Origin: Selaginella moellendorffii
Lineage: Eukaryota > Plantae > Lycopodiophyta
Length of the DNA: 64,000 nucleotides
Direction: 5' to 3'
Assembly: GCF_000143415.4 (NCBI RefSeq)
Contig: NW_003314305.1
Coordinates: 433,709-497,708, forward strand
Position numbers and translations under genes: made by a program. Numbering within the stretch: position 1 is the stretch's first letter; the number at the start of each line of letters is the position of its first letter. The notes under the pieces were generated by a model that worked only from the letters and a program-made list of their open reading frames with translations, was not told where the DNA came from and did no database searches. Positions 1-11,224 of the stretch are shown here, one piece after another.

Positions 1-640
1 AAATTAAGTTTGCTCCACCAGAGTGAAGTTTACTCCAACAAATGTACCTGGTCAAAGATAGTGAAACAGTTGGTCCATAGCATCCTCTTTGTGGGCAGTA
101 AAGCCTTAAACGGACGCCCTTGACTTTGCTCTCAAGGGACCTCTCGTTTTGAATCATCAGCAGGAGGCTTGATCTTCGAAGCTATGTTTGCTCTTCACGA
201 TGGTATAGATGATAAAAAAAAAATACAAAGATGAGAATACTCACTTCTGCAATGTCGAGGAGTTTCATCAGCTTGCTTTTCTTAGTTCTTAGCACTCGGT
301 GCTCGATTTTCGCTAGCTCAAGCTTCTTCGTCTCCATGTCTTTGCCACAATTTCTTTGACTATAGAAATCTTGCTCCACTTTGATGACTGGCTGCTGAAT
401 CACAAAGAGAAACGAAAAAATAGATTAGAGCTGTGAATCCACAACTCGCCCAAGCTGTGTATGAAATCGAAAGGCGTGGTGTACCATGTCTTTTTACGAC
501 AACATTGAAGCTTCTGGCGAACAGCTTCCATGCAAAGCGTGAACTTGGTCAGGCCCAGGAATTGCATATGGGCGGGAAAGTTTAAAAACACAAGGGCTAA
601 AGGTATTTAGAGTTAATTAAGCTAAACAACTGATAATAAT
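1..640 (-). pseudogene. Degenerate, internally deleted tandem copy of the ParB-like/methyltransferase gene (may continue past the window start)
   Basis: ORFs 182-403 and 400-591 are paralogous to 2734-2979 and 3006-3254 (e.g. TWYTTPFDFIH vs TWYTMPFDFIH). Bases 570-630 resemble the upstream flank at 4101-4156. Confidence 0.8.
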
Positions 641-917
641 GCAAACCTGTTTATCTTTTTCTCTTGTCAGTCCTTGTTTTGACGGAAAGGATATGTGAAA
701 TCACTGGAAATCACCAACAGATCTTTCAGTTAAGGTGGGACGAATCGAAAAGAGCATGGAATGTTTGTTTTGGTGCTCCATTGATTATTGCGTTGGAACT
801 GGCAGGTGTGTCACATAATCAAATCCAGGATCAAGTGAAAAAGGTAATAATATTTCATTTCAAAATGAAAGAGCTTAAAGAACACGATCAAAGCGAGAAA
901 GGTAGCATGAAAAACTT

Positions 918-3900
918 TCACTTAACTGATTGTTCAAACCGGATGCGGCGGAGCAGATGTTCAAACCGGGGATCAACTTCAATCGCAAGAACCGAGCGCC
1001 CGGAATTCCATGCTGCTCGAACCATGGATCCGCAACCCGCAGTAGCATCAACCACTGCTCCATCCGGCGGGCAAAAGAGCTCTAACATTACTTGCATCGC
1101 AAACGGTGACCGGTAACGATATCCAGGATACAGCTCGGCCCTCAACTCGTCAACCACATTTGGTATAACGTCCGTGCCGCTGTCGTATCCAGGCAAAACT
1201 CTGGCAGCGCGATCGCAATCTCGTTTTCCCGTTCGCCCAGCTCGGCAAAGCGCGAAGTAAGTCCAGGCAAATACCTGCATTTTCAACTGTGAAATCCACG
1301 AACTTATCAACTTTTGTTGCTCTGTACCTTCAGCTTGTGACCATCACCTTGCAAAGTCTCGATGCCGATGTTGTTCACGAGGCAGCCAGTCGCAAACTCC
1401 GCAAATCGAAACGATTTCGCCACAGTTGCAAGCTCTCCTGCCCAGGTCGAAGATGGTGGAAGAATGAAAAGAACCGTGCCGGAGTCTGTGAGCAGCTCGT
1501 TTGCCACCTCCATGGCCTTGGAGATATGCTCGCTGGTGAGAACGTTCCATGGAGAGATTCTTCCATCGATCCAAGGGAGGCCGTCGGGCATGTCGAAGAA
1601 CACGAAGTCCACCAGATTGCAATGGAGGCCATCGAAGAGCATGAAGTAGCTCGCCAGAATGGGATCGTTTCCTCCTCTCAAATCTCCGATCCAGCGTCTA
1701 AATGCTCGACTCTCGAAGGAATGAGCTTCCAAGAGCTTCATGTAATCTCCTATCAAGACGGTAAATTTTGCGAGTGGGTTTTCACGAGAACTTGGATGAA
1801 CCTGGCACTCCAAGAATGAAAAACAGAGGACATAAACGAAGAACTAACCATCCTGTGTGAAGTTTTAGAGAAGTGTATGAAAGCTTGGGTTCTCTTGTTT
1901 ACCTCCAATCCTACTTATCAAGGGAATTAGAAAATAAGAAAATCTGTGTAAGTTACGTACCTGTGCCAAGGTCACGAGATTTGGGACGACATTTTTTCTG
2001 TTTTCGAATTCTCGAAGATCCAGTCGAATCTAGAAACCATTCCAAAACTTTTTAATTTATCTCAAATGCCATCGATTACCTGGATGGAAACGTTGGTAGA
2101 TTTTTGCCTCGAAATCTGTTTTTGGTCTCTTCGCAGGAAGCTCTAGATACCAGGGACACAAAACTTTCTCTCCTGGCGAGCCAAAGTCGAATCCCGACTC
2201 ATACATCCCAGAGTTTTGCTGTGATCCCGCCAAGAGCTGCTCAAGCACTGCCTCGGAGTACGCTGGTGCATCACCCGAGTTCGTAAGATACCTGTGAGAT
2301 ATAGAAAGCGTGTTTGTGTCCTTCGAAGAAAAAACAGAAGAAAGTTTTACCTGTAAACAGCTCGTTTCGCGAAGAAAGGTTGTCCAGGTTGATTCTTCGA
2401 AGAGCTCGATGAATTCTCCGGTAACCATCCATCGCCCAAGAGCTCTAAAGACTCACGGACGTACTCCGCGAAACTTACTCCAGTGGCCGCCGAGTAAAGA
2501 TAATGTTTCCACGAGGCCAGAAGCTCCTCTCCATGCTTGATTGTCTGATCGATGTAGACTTTGTGCCTCATGAAACTCTCGATTTTACTCTCGAGAGAGC
2601 TCTCGTTTTGGATCATCAGTTCGTTGAGATGCTGGAGGGCAAGAGGTTTGATCTTCGAGGCTAAGGTTGCTCTTTGCGATGTTATAGATGATCTCCACTG
2701 GTGCCTTGGCATTCCCTACACAGAACAAAAAATTTATAAGAAGAGAAAAATATGAGAAGACTCACTTCCACGAGCACACATCTCGGCAATACAATCGAGC
2801 CAGTCTTGGTTGCGATTGACATCTGCGATGTTGAGGAGTTTCAACAGCTTGGTTCTCTTAGTACTTCGTACTCGGTGCTGGATTTTCAGTAACTCAAGCT
2901 TCTTCGTCTCGTCGTCTTTGTCAGAGTTTCTTCGAAGATAGAAATCTTGCTCCGCCTTGATCATCGGCTGTTGAATCACAAAAAGTAGAACACTTTAGTT
3001 TAGAGCTATGAATCCACATAAATTTTACTTACTCTTGCCCAAGCCGTGTGTATGAAATCGAAAGGCATGGTGTACCATGTCTCTTTACGACCACGTTGAA
3101 GCTTCCTGCGAACATCTTCCATCCATTCTCTTCCATACAAAGCGTGAACTTGGTCGATGGTCATCAGGCCCAGGAATCGCAAGTACTCGATCTCATGGAC
3201 GAGCGTATGAGCTTGAAATGCAAACTGGCTCAGTCTGGTGGATAGAAAGCTCAAGAGTTAGCAAAGTGGTGAGGAAAAACGAGAGAAAAGAAGCTCAAGA
3301 ACAATGAAAAGAAGAAGCAAACTACTTACTCGTTGAGTTTGTGGCAGGCACTCTTGAGCTTGAGCAGCTCTTTCTCGTCTCTGGCAGCGATCATCACCAC
3401 CGGGACCTCGATATGCCGCTCGAGATCACCCGAGAAACGATCCTGGATACACTTCATCCACGCCAGCAACCGGTGGTTTCCATCCACCACGAAGAACATC
3501 TTCCCAACCAGATACTTCGTCCCGGGGTGTTGATCCAAAGCTCGGTCGAAAGCCGCCGATTTCCTCCGCCAGATCTCGTCCCACGAGTCTCTGGCGGTGC
3601 TAGTCACCGCCTCCATCCTCGTCGTCCCGGGAGCAAACGGTGAGACGATGAAGCTGGAGCTTCCAGCGCTCGCGACGAAGCCCAGGTTGGCGAAGGCGGT
3701 GTAGAGCAGTTTACCTGGCTGGCGCGGCGGACGAGATGGGTTTGCGCTAGCCGGCACAAGGGAATCGCCGGGATGAGCTCTCTCGGCCCATTCCATGCCA
3801 GATCGCTGAGAACTTTGTCTAGTGTTCTCTCTCGCGCCTGGAATACGGTGTTCTTCACACGATCGCCGATCAGCGCATTGGAATAGGATCCGGGCAATGC

Positions 3901-4078
3901 TTCTTCATCTGGAAACAAAGGAATCAAATAGAGATTTCGACCTAGAGACTCACGATCGCGATCGGCATTGGATGGATCTTCCCGCGGCCTCTTCTGTCAA
4001 TAAGAAAGAAAGGAGAGGACAGATTTTAGCTCGATAGAACAGCGATCGAAACCACCATAGCTTTACCTTCGCCCACAT
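918..4078 (-). pseudogene. Multi-exon gene fusing a ParB-like domain to a beta-class (N6A/N4C) DNA amino-methyltransferase; this copy is frameshifted
   Basis: ParB-like FVVDGNHRLLAW at ~3455-3493. MTase motifs in permuted order: IGDYMKLL, DFVFFDMPDG (motif IV-like), FCPPDGAVVDATAGCGS (motif I), LAIEVD (motif II). GT-AG introns, putative ATG at 4078. Apparent frameshifts near 3710, 2645 and 2440. Confidence 0.75.
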
Positions 4079-4171
4079 TGCCAATTTTTAGGGCAATCTT
4101 GGCGGGAATTTTAAAAATGAAGGGCTAATATTAATCATATTTAATTAAGCTAAACCACTAATATGGAAAAT

Positions 4172-6815
4172 CTATGATTCTTTGTCGAATCGCTCCCGCA
4201 TTTTCTCCGCGAAGAGCCGAGTTTTCTCCTCGAATTTCTTGCCCAAGCTCAGCATTTTCTCGCGCCTCGTCCCTTTCTTCCTCTTGCTCTCGCTGGAATC
4301 CTCGTCGATCGCTCCTTGGAAATCGCCACTGCCTTCCATCATCGCTCCTGCTACTTCCCTGGCGGCTCGATGATCCCGCTCGATCTTCCTGTCCAGCAAT
4401 GGTTTCTCCAGCTCGGACGTGCCACCGCTAGTTTCGCCAGTGATCAACCTTTCGTGCTCGTCCTTTACTTCCGGAGGAGAAGCTTCGTTCCTGTGATTGC
4501 TTCCTTCTCTCGGCTTCTCTGGCGGCTTTGTCTCGGCTAGATTTTGAGGAAACGGAGCAGCACTTTGCTGGACCCAGTTCCCATCGTCCGAAACCATCCA
4601 GCGAATGTGGATATCTTCGCTGTTTGGATACACCATAGTTTCGTGCACGAGAATCTGCAAACGAGTGGCTCGATCACTCAGCTTGATGGTAGTGGAAATA
4701 AAAAAAAAAAACAAAAAGAGGAACCTGGATTCGTTCGGCGATGTAAGTTATCAGTGGCCCTGTCGTGATCTTATGGTCCCCAACGGAAGGCTCGGGGAAG
4801 AGCTCTAGTGCCGGCATTGATGAGAAGGAGTACCAGATGCGGTCGGACGGCGATGCCTTTATTCGGAGCTGTAAGGTTCCCTTGATTGACACTACTCGCA
4901 TCGACAAAGTGAGTGGAACCTGAGAAGAGCATACGAGATATCTAAGCCAAAGTTTTCCAGAAAATCCATCTCTCTGTACCTGGGAAACTTGATCAGCGAC
5001 CGAAGACAAGAAAGCCTTCCATTGACTCCACCGCTTTCTTTTCGCGCTGCCTGGATCACCCAACATCAAAGCTTGCTCTTCTTAGGAAGGAGAAGAGGAA
5101 AACGATTTTCTTCTTACCTGAGCCCCCCTGATCTCCCGAACCTTCTCCAGCCACCTCCAAATCATCCTCCACGGTTTCCAAGCTTTTGTTTATAATGTCA
5201 GCAGTCGCTGCCGCTGCCGAGCTTGTGTCGTTTTTCGGTTCAACTCCAACTCGAGACTCTCTCATGTCCAGCCTCGTCTCGAGAGTGAGAACGGCACCAC
5301 CGGTATACTCAATATCGGCTTCCACTCCAAAAGTGTCGTCCGAGAGGGGAAGAGCTCGGAGCCCGTGGACGACCGGGCAAGACTTGCCAATATCAACCCG
5401 AGAGCAAGTGATCGGGCTGATGTAGCTAGGAGTTGGAATTCTCGACAAGAGCGTCTGCAACACCAGTGGTCAAAAACATCTCCTTCCGTGACAGAAAAGT
5501 GTTATCGTATAAGAGGTGAACCTGGATCCGAGTATGAAAAACGGAGATGAAGTCCGAGCTGTGGTACAAGTCGAAGAAGAGCCGCGAGAGCATGAGATTC
5601 AGCGCAGCAACACTGCTGTCGGGGAGATGTTTCGCAGGGAGCACGTCAAACTCGGCACTTCCAAACTCCGTAGCGTCTGCCAGATTTCTGAACGACGAGC
5701 CTTCCATCGTACTATCTGAATGGTTCGCGTCCGACTCTCCCTTTGCTTGGTCGATTTCCTGGTAGCTATTGCTAGTATGAAGAAAAGGCTCCTCGGGCTT
5801 CAAATCTTCGGTCTGGACGGTCACGGCTTTGGTCCTTGCACCGTCGACTTTTTTCTTCTTTAGCAGTCGTTTCCACGACATGGATTTCTTCGTCGCGGGA
5901 GCACTCCCTCTGAAGTTCTTGCTGCTGCTAGAGCCGGCCTTGAAAACCTCTGGATAGTTTTGTTTGAGGCCAGTCACGTATTCCGCAAACTCATGCTTGA
6001 GCTTGGAGTACCAGTCGTCTGGCCCGTAGTCTTTCCTTGCAGCTGCACGAAGCGCCTCACACCATGTTTCTTTCTCCCATCCCGTTTTGAAGTAGAGCAA
6101 GCATACCGTGGTTCCCAGGAGAGTTCGACTGGAGTGCTCCACTTTGATAGGATATTTCTTGGCCCTGCAAGGATTGGAAGAGAAAAAGAGTGAAAAATCT
6201 GGATAGAAAACGCTAGAGCAAGCATGGACCAAAGAGCACAAAGAGAAAAACAATATAGAATGCCCAGATCTCAGGAAGTCTACGAAGATGGAAATAAAAA
6301 ACACGTACCACTTCCTCGTTTCTGCTGCTGTGCTTGACACGGCCAGGACACTGCATCCTTGCAACTGGATGGAAGAAACCGCACCATCGCTGCCGGTGAG
6401 AATCAAGGTCCGATCTTGCAACTTGGCAAACTTGAGTGAAACGGAGATCTCGTTTTTCTGCTCGGTTGCCTTCTTTTGCTTTCGATCTTTGGGTAGCAAC
6501 TTGGAGCTGTTCGCATTCTCTACTTGAAAAGGAGACACAGAAGCCACCCAAATTTCTCCCTGGAACAAGAAAAAAAAATCCCATCGTTTCATTCTGATTT
6601 TTATTTCGAGCGAAAGGAAACTCCTCACTCACCTCGATGGAGATTTTCGATGGAGAATTTGGATCGGCTTCCATGGAGAAGGACGGTAGAATCGCCGCTG
6701 CCGCTTTGTGGCGATGGCGGGGCTTGTGGACGAACAAGTACCACAGAACCGCAATCTCCACAACCCCTAAAGCCAGAGCTCCCAGCAAGAAACTGGCAAT
6801 GTAGCCGATCACCAT
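4172..6815 (-). CDS. TEX2-like membrane contact site lipid-transfer protein (N-terminal TM, PH-like and SMP domains), multi-exon
   Basis: Hydrophobic N-terminus. PH-like YFKTGWEKETWCEALR. SMP-type ALNLMLSRLFFDL, LSRIPTPSYI, IEYTGG and SDRIWYSFSSMP motifs, spread over ORFs 6213-6929, 5426-6628, 5056-5463, 4674-5069 and 4172-4714. Confidence 0.85.
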
Positions 6816-7267
6816 CGCTTGGCGCTGCGATGGACCAGACCTAGAAGAGGAACAAGAAGACGAACCGCGGAGACTTTCTCGCCGTTGCCCTAGCGATGGC
6901 GATGCCTGCTTACCAGCGCCATCGCGCACAGCTCCTCGTGGCGGGGCGGCATTGCGGCGTGGGCGATGGATGGATTGCTGCCATCGCTGGGCCGCCGCTT
7001 CCCCGATGGATCGATGATTCAGCGCCCAAACACGAGAAATGTATGCCTCGCTTAGAGGCGAGAATTGGCATCTCTGTCCAATGACACTTTTTATAAGTTA
7101 CCAGATGCGAATATTTACTCGTTGCAAGCCCAGTTAAAATTAAAATATGTTTATAATTAATAAACCCGTGATTAATATAAAGACAATGAGAACCGTTGGA
7201 TGTGCTAGCTTTTAATATACCAAAGTAGTACACATTAACATAATTTATAAATTTGTTTTAGTAAGAA

Positions 7268-7349
7268 GTCAGTATGTCCGAGTGGTTAAGGAGACAGACT
7301 TGAAATCTGTTGGGTTACACCCTCGCAGGTTCGAATCCTGCTGCTGACG
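7268..7349 (+). tRNA. tRNA-Ser(UGA)
   Basis: GTCAGTA...TGCTGACG acceptor stem, anticodon arm ACAGA-CTTGAAA-TCTGT, long variable arm, GGTTCGAATCC T-arm; 82 nt. Confidence 0.95.
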
Positions 7350-8268
7350 CAAATTTTATATAATATTTAGATTTTAATAAACTTAGTACCTTCTATGTGA
7401 AGATCCCGGAGGAAGATCACATTCATACTTGTCTTGCTACAAAAAATACACATATCTTGGCCGCGCTGTCGATCAGCGAGCTTCTGATGAACTTTGATCC
7501 AAGTTCTAAGAAACCCAACTCGCTAGCACGCCCGGATCATCGCCAAGTTGATGTTGTTAGCCAGTTTGGCCACCTTGTGGGTTGTGGCGGCCTTGAATCG
7601 ATCAACCCTAGCCACCTTGAGACTCTCCTCCACGGAATAGTGTCTCTCCCTGTGCTGCCTGGGAACATAGAAAGTGGGCAGCGCTCTAGGGCAGCTCTTC
7701 CTCGTCACCTCCGCCATCTCCACGTCCGCGTCATCGATCTCCATTCCATCGTACGCCATCGTCACTTCCATCGCACAATCCATTAGAAACCTAGGTTAGC
7801 CTTTCAATCTCTCGAGCTTTAACATATAAAAACGATTATTGTATCTTACGCCACATTTTAAGGTAGCGTATCACATAAAATGTAGAATGTATGTAGTTAG
7901 TATAGGATGACATTTTACGGGAATGTCGGGCCAAGAGTGGGACAAGAACAAAGTACATCGAAAGCTATGGTTTTGTTCGTGCTGGTGTTCTTGAGATCAT
8001 TCTTTCACCATGATGTCACCAGCAAGAATCTTCATCGTGTCGAATGCTCGGGTTTGATGGAGAGCACCAACCAGCGATCCATTCCATTACGAGGAGCTGC
8101 GTGTTCTTCGCTTGGAAGCCGAGCAATCACCCCGGCAGCCATGCGTGTTGGGTCTGGGTTGCGCCACTCCCGGCACACTCCTATGATGTTTCGCCTCGTA
8201 CAGCCACGAGGATCCTCGATAAAAAGCTCCAGCTCCTAAAGTTTCTCGCGGAAGTTTCAGTGGCAAAC

Positions 8269-8796
8269 ATGTTGAGAGCGCTGGCGATCTTGGTCGCCAT
8301 CTCTGCTGCGTTGCAAGGTACGTAACCTGTGTAGAGATCTTGTCACCTCACTTGAGTTTTAGGATCAGCGGATGCTGCGAGAGGAAGAAACCAGCTCCAA
8401 GTGAGTGCTAGAAATTGACAAGGAAGCTAACATACTTATCATTGAGCAGAGCTTAACGAGGATCGGTGGAGCGCAATCTGGAAAACACCACTTGCAAGCG
8501 CGGTCTAGAAACCGAGAAAAACTTCTTAGCATCGAGAAGAGGCTACTACCAAAGACTGCTGCATCGCTATCTGGAAGAAACCATATCCGAGTAAGTTTCA
8601 GAGCGAGATAAACAAAACGAAACTTCTCCTTGCCTTTTGTGATCAGAACTTGTCAGCTAGGAGGACGCTGGAGCTTCTAGAACTGGCGCCTCCAGCAGTT
8701 CCATCCGAATCCAAAAGGCTCGTTCCAACGGGTCCCGATCCTCTACACCACAGCACGAGAACTGAGACGCTGCATCCAAGGCAACCTCTAGCGTGA
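8269..8796 (+). CDS. CLE: CLE (CLV3/ESR-related) peptide precursor, 4 exons, ~125 aa
   Basis: Exons 8269-8317, 8363-8400, 8450-8590 and 8647-8796 splice in frame with GT-AG introns. Signal peptide MLRALAILVAISAALQGSADA. CLE dodecapeptide RLVPTGPDPLHH at 8716-8751, preceded by ESK. Confidence 0.9.
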
Positions 8797-8895
8797 GACA
8801 GCTCGAAAGAAAATATTTTCTGGCTATGGCATTAGCTGAAGTGTTCGAAAGCAAAAGAAAAAAAAACTTCCATCTCACGCTGATTGCGTCTCCTC

Positions 8896-9462
8896 TCACG
8901 CCCTCACAGCGTACTTTCTCATCGGGAAGTAAGCCTCCTTCTTCTTTTGCTTCTCCGTCTTGAGGGAAAGCTGCGAAGAAACACAAACGAGAAAGTTTTA
9001 AAGCTTCCACCTCTGCAATGGAGATTCTAAATTGTTTACCTGATGCTTTGTCAAGCGTCGCCTGATCGCTCGGGTCTTCTTTGGATGAAGATCCAGAGGC
9101 ATGTACTTCTTGTTCTTGTAGGCCTCTCTCAGCTTGGCCTTCTGGGTCTGGGAGATTACTGTGAGAACTCGCGCGATCGAGAGCCTCACAACCTTGCTGG
9201 AAACACCGAAATTATAATCCGCTGGAAAGAATCGCGACAAAACACTCGAAAGACTCACATTTTGGAGAGCTTATTAGGGGCGCCTCCAGTGACTTTGGCC
9301 ACGCGCAGCAAAGCGAGCTCGGATTTGAGATCCTTGAGCTGGACGAGCAAATCCTGCTTAGATTTCGTGCGCAGCTCGTGCACCTTGATCTTCACTGCAC
9401 GAGAGACAAGGAAATCGATCGAACCAGTGCGAGAACGAGCGATCGAAGAAGAACATACCCAT
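8896..9462 (-). CDS. RPL35: 60S ribosomal protein L35 (uL29), copy 1
   Basis: Spliced [18 protein letters not shown]...[10 protein letters not shown]...RKYAVRA, with 3 short introns. Confidence 0.95.
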
Positions 9463-9871
9463 CTTGCGCCAATGCTCTCAAGAACCCTAAAAAACACAAA
9501 CCCCTATCGAATATGCCGAATCGTTTTGAATGAAGGGTGAAAAAGGCGCACTGACGTGGCTCAATCCCGGCGCTCGGATGTATGCCATTTCCATCCAGGT
9601 TTCTTTTTTTAATGGCGGAGTTAAGTAAAAGCCCTAGAGGTGAGGGAAGAGTTTGAAGAAAGCGCCATCGCCAGGGCCTTTGATTTTTTGATGATGCTCC
9701 TCTTGCGTATCCCTAGGCGCCACGATGATTCCGATGATCGTCTAGAAATCCTTGGATGAATCAAAGATTTCTTGAATCTTTCGAGCAGCACAGGGGTTAT
9801 TCGGCGATCGATCGATCGCTTTTTTCTGGAATCCCGAAAGATCGAGTGTGATTCTAGCTTGCGGAGCATTA

Positions 9872-11224
9872 ATGGCGAGAATATCGATCGGGAGGGGGAA
9901 TGCGGCAGCGGCGGAATTTCCATCCGCCTTTTCCTTCGATCAAGACGACGATATGGCAGATCCAAGCTCCTTGTTCGATTTCGATCTGGCTCTCCCTCTC
10001 GGCGGGCAGGATTTCCACCACCGGGCATCGTCAGCGGGTCACCGGCCATCGAAATCCTCCTCCGATTCCAAGGATTTCGATTTCAAGCTGTGCATGTCGA
10101 CTCCGGATCTCCTCCAAGATCCGGCGTCTTCCTCTTCCTTGCGGAGCAATCTCATCTCCCCGGCCGACGAATTGTTCTACAAGGGCAAGCTCCTCCCTCT
10201 CTACATGTCAGAGCGCCTCCATCTCTCCAAGAATGTAGGCGCGGATTTGGAGAAATCCAAGCCGCCGAGCAGCAGCGATCACTCCTCAATCGCGGTCTCC
10301 TGCTACCTCCACCGCGCCGGCGTCGACATCAACATGGTCCTGGAGGAGCCGAGCGACGAGAGCAGCAGGGAGAGCTCCAGTAATTCTCGCGAGAAGGACT
10401 CCTCCTCGTCCGGCGGCGAGGAGGATTCGTCATCGTCATCGTCCGGGCAAGCGGCAGTAGCGAAGAACTCCAACACGGGCGGCGGCGAGAGTGTAAGTGG
10501 TCGTTTTAGATGGAGCCTTTTTTCGCTTGGTGGCGGTGGCGGTGGCGGTGGCGGCCAGAGAAGGAGCTCCAAAGTCACGGCCGGGGGAAAGAATTCCTCC
10601 TCCTTTTCCACTGGCTGCGATCAGCAAGGTGGTGGTGGTGGTGGTAGCAGCGTTTGCAAGTCGTGTGGGCAGAGGCAGGGAAAGTCCATGACCGAGGCCC
10701 GGGACTTTTCTACGTGGGAGAGAAAAAGGTTTGACACATTCTCGAGCTCGCCCCATGCCGGTCTTCACGAAACCAGGAGCCGGGACAAGTTTTTTATGCC
10801 GCGCCACAGCACTGGAGCGATCTCCTCGGGTGGGTTTGACGCGCCCACCAACAAACCAGCGGCGGCGTATCAAAGTCTTTTGAGGGCTAAAGAATTCTGG
10901 CGAAAGTACTTGAAGCCTTTCATCTCCAGGACGTCGCAGCATCACAGGTCGTATTTTAGGCCGCCAGAAGTTCCACTTCCAGCTGATGGTCTTGGCGGCG
11001 GCGGAGGATCCCCCTCTTTGTCCGACAAATCTTCCACTTCTTCATTGTTTTTCTCATCCGGGGGTTTCAAGGGGACCAGGCAAAGGCCCAGCAGATCGAC
11101 CACTGTCACTCCGATAGCTTCACCGACACACAGTGGCGTGCTCCTCGCGGTCCCGGCTCCAGTCGCGAATGATCACGATGTGCAAGGGGCGATCGCTTAC
11201 TGCAAGCAATCCCGAGCGAGCTGA
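9872..11224 (+). CDS. Membrane-associated kinase regulator (MAKR/BKI1-like), intronless
   Basis: SPADELFYKGKLLPL motif and C-terminal VQGAIAYCKQS motif. The start could be 9872 or 9953. Confidence 0.85.
   Translation: MARISIGRGNAAAAEFPSAFSFDQDDDMADPSSLFDFDLALPLGGQDFHHRASSAGHRPSKSSSDSKDFDFKLCMSTPDLLQDPASSSSLRSNLISPADELFYKGKLLPLYMSERLHLSKNVGADLEKSKPPSSSDHSSIAVSCYLHRAGVDINMVLEEPSDESSRESSSNSREKDSSSSGGEEDSSSSSSGQAAVAKNSNTGGGESVSGRFRWSLFSLGGGGGGGGGQRRSSKVTAGGKNSSSFSTGCDQQGGGGGGSSVCKSCGQRQGKSMTEARDFSTWERKRFDTFSSSPHAGLHETRSRDKFFMPRHSTGAISSGGFDAPTNKPAAAYQSLLRAKEFWRKYLKPFISRTSQHHRSYFRPPEVPLPADGLGGGGGSPSLSDKSSTSSLFFSSGGFKGTRQRPSRSTTVTPIASPTHSGVLLAVPAPVANDHDVQGAIAYCKQSRAS

Noticed and set aside
3654-3714. 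An intron that would explain the ParB-region frameshift (CAG|GTAAAC)
   Set aside because: Nearby AG acceptors do not restore the frame, and the segment is GC-rich and looks like coding sequence for the ParB helix. A 1-bp deletion is the simpler explanation.
7523-7783. 86-aa minus-strand ORF next to tRNA-Ser
   Set aside because: No recognisable motif or paralogue in the window, so it cannot be supported as a gene.
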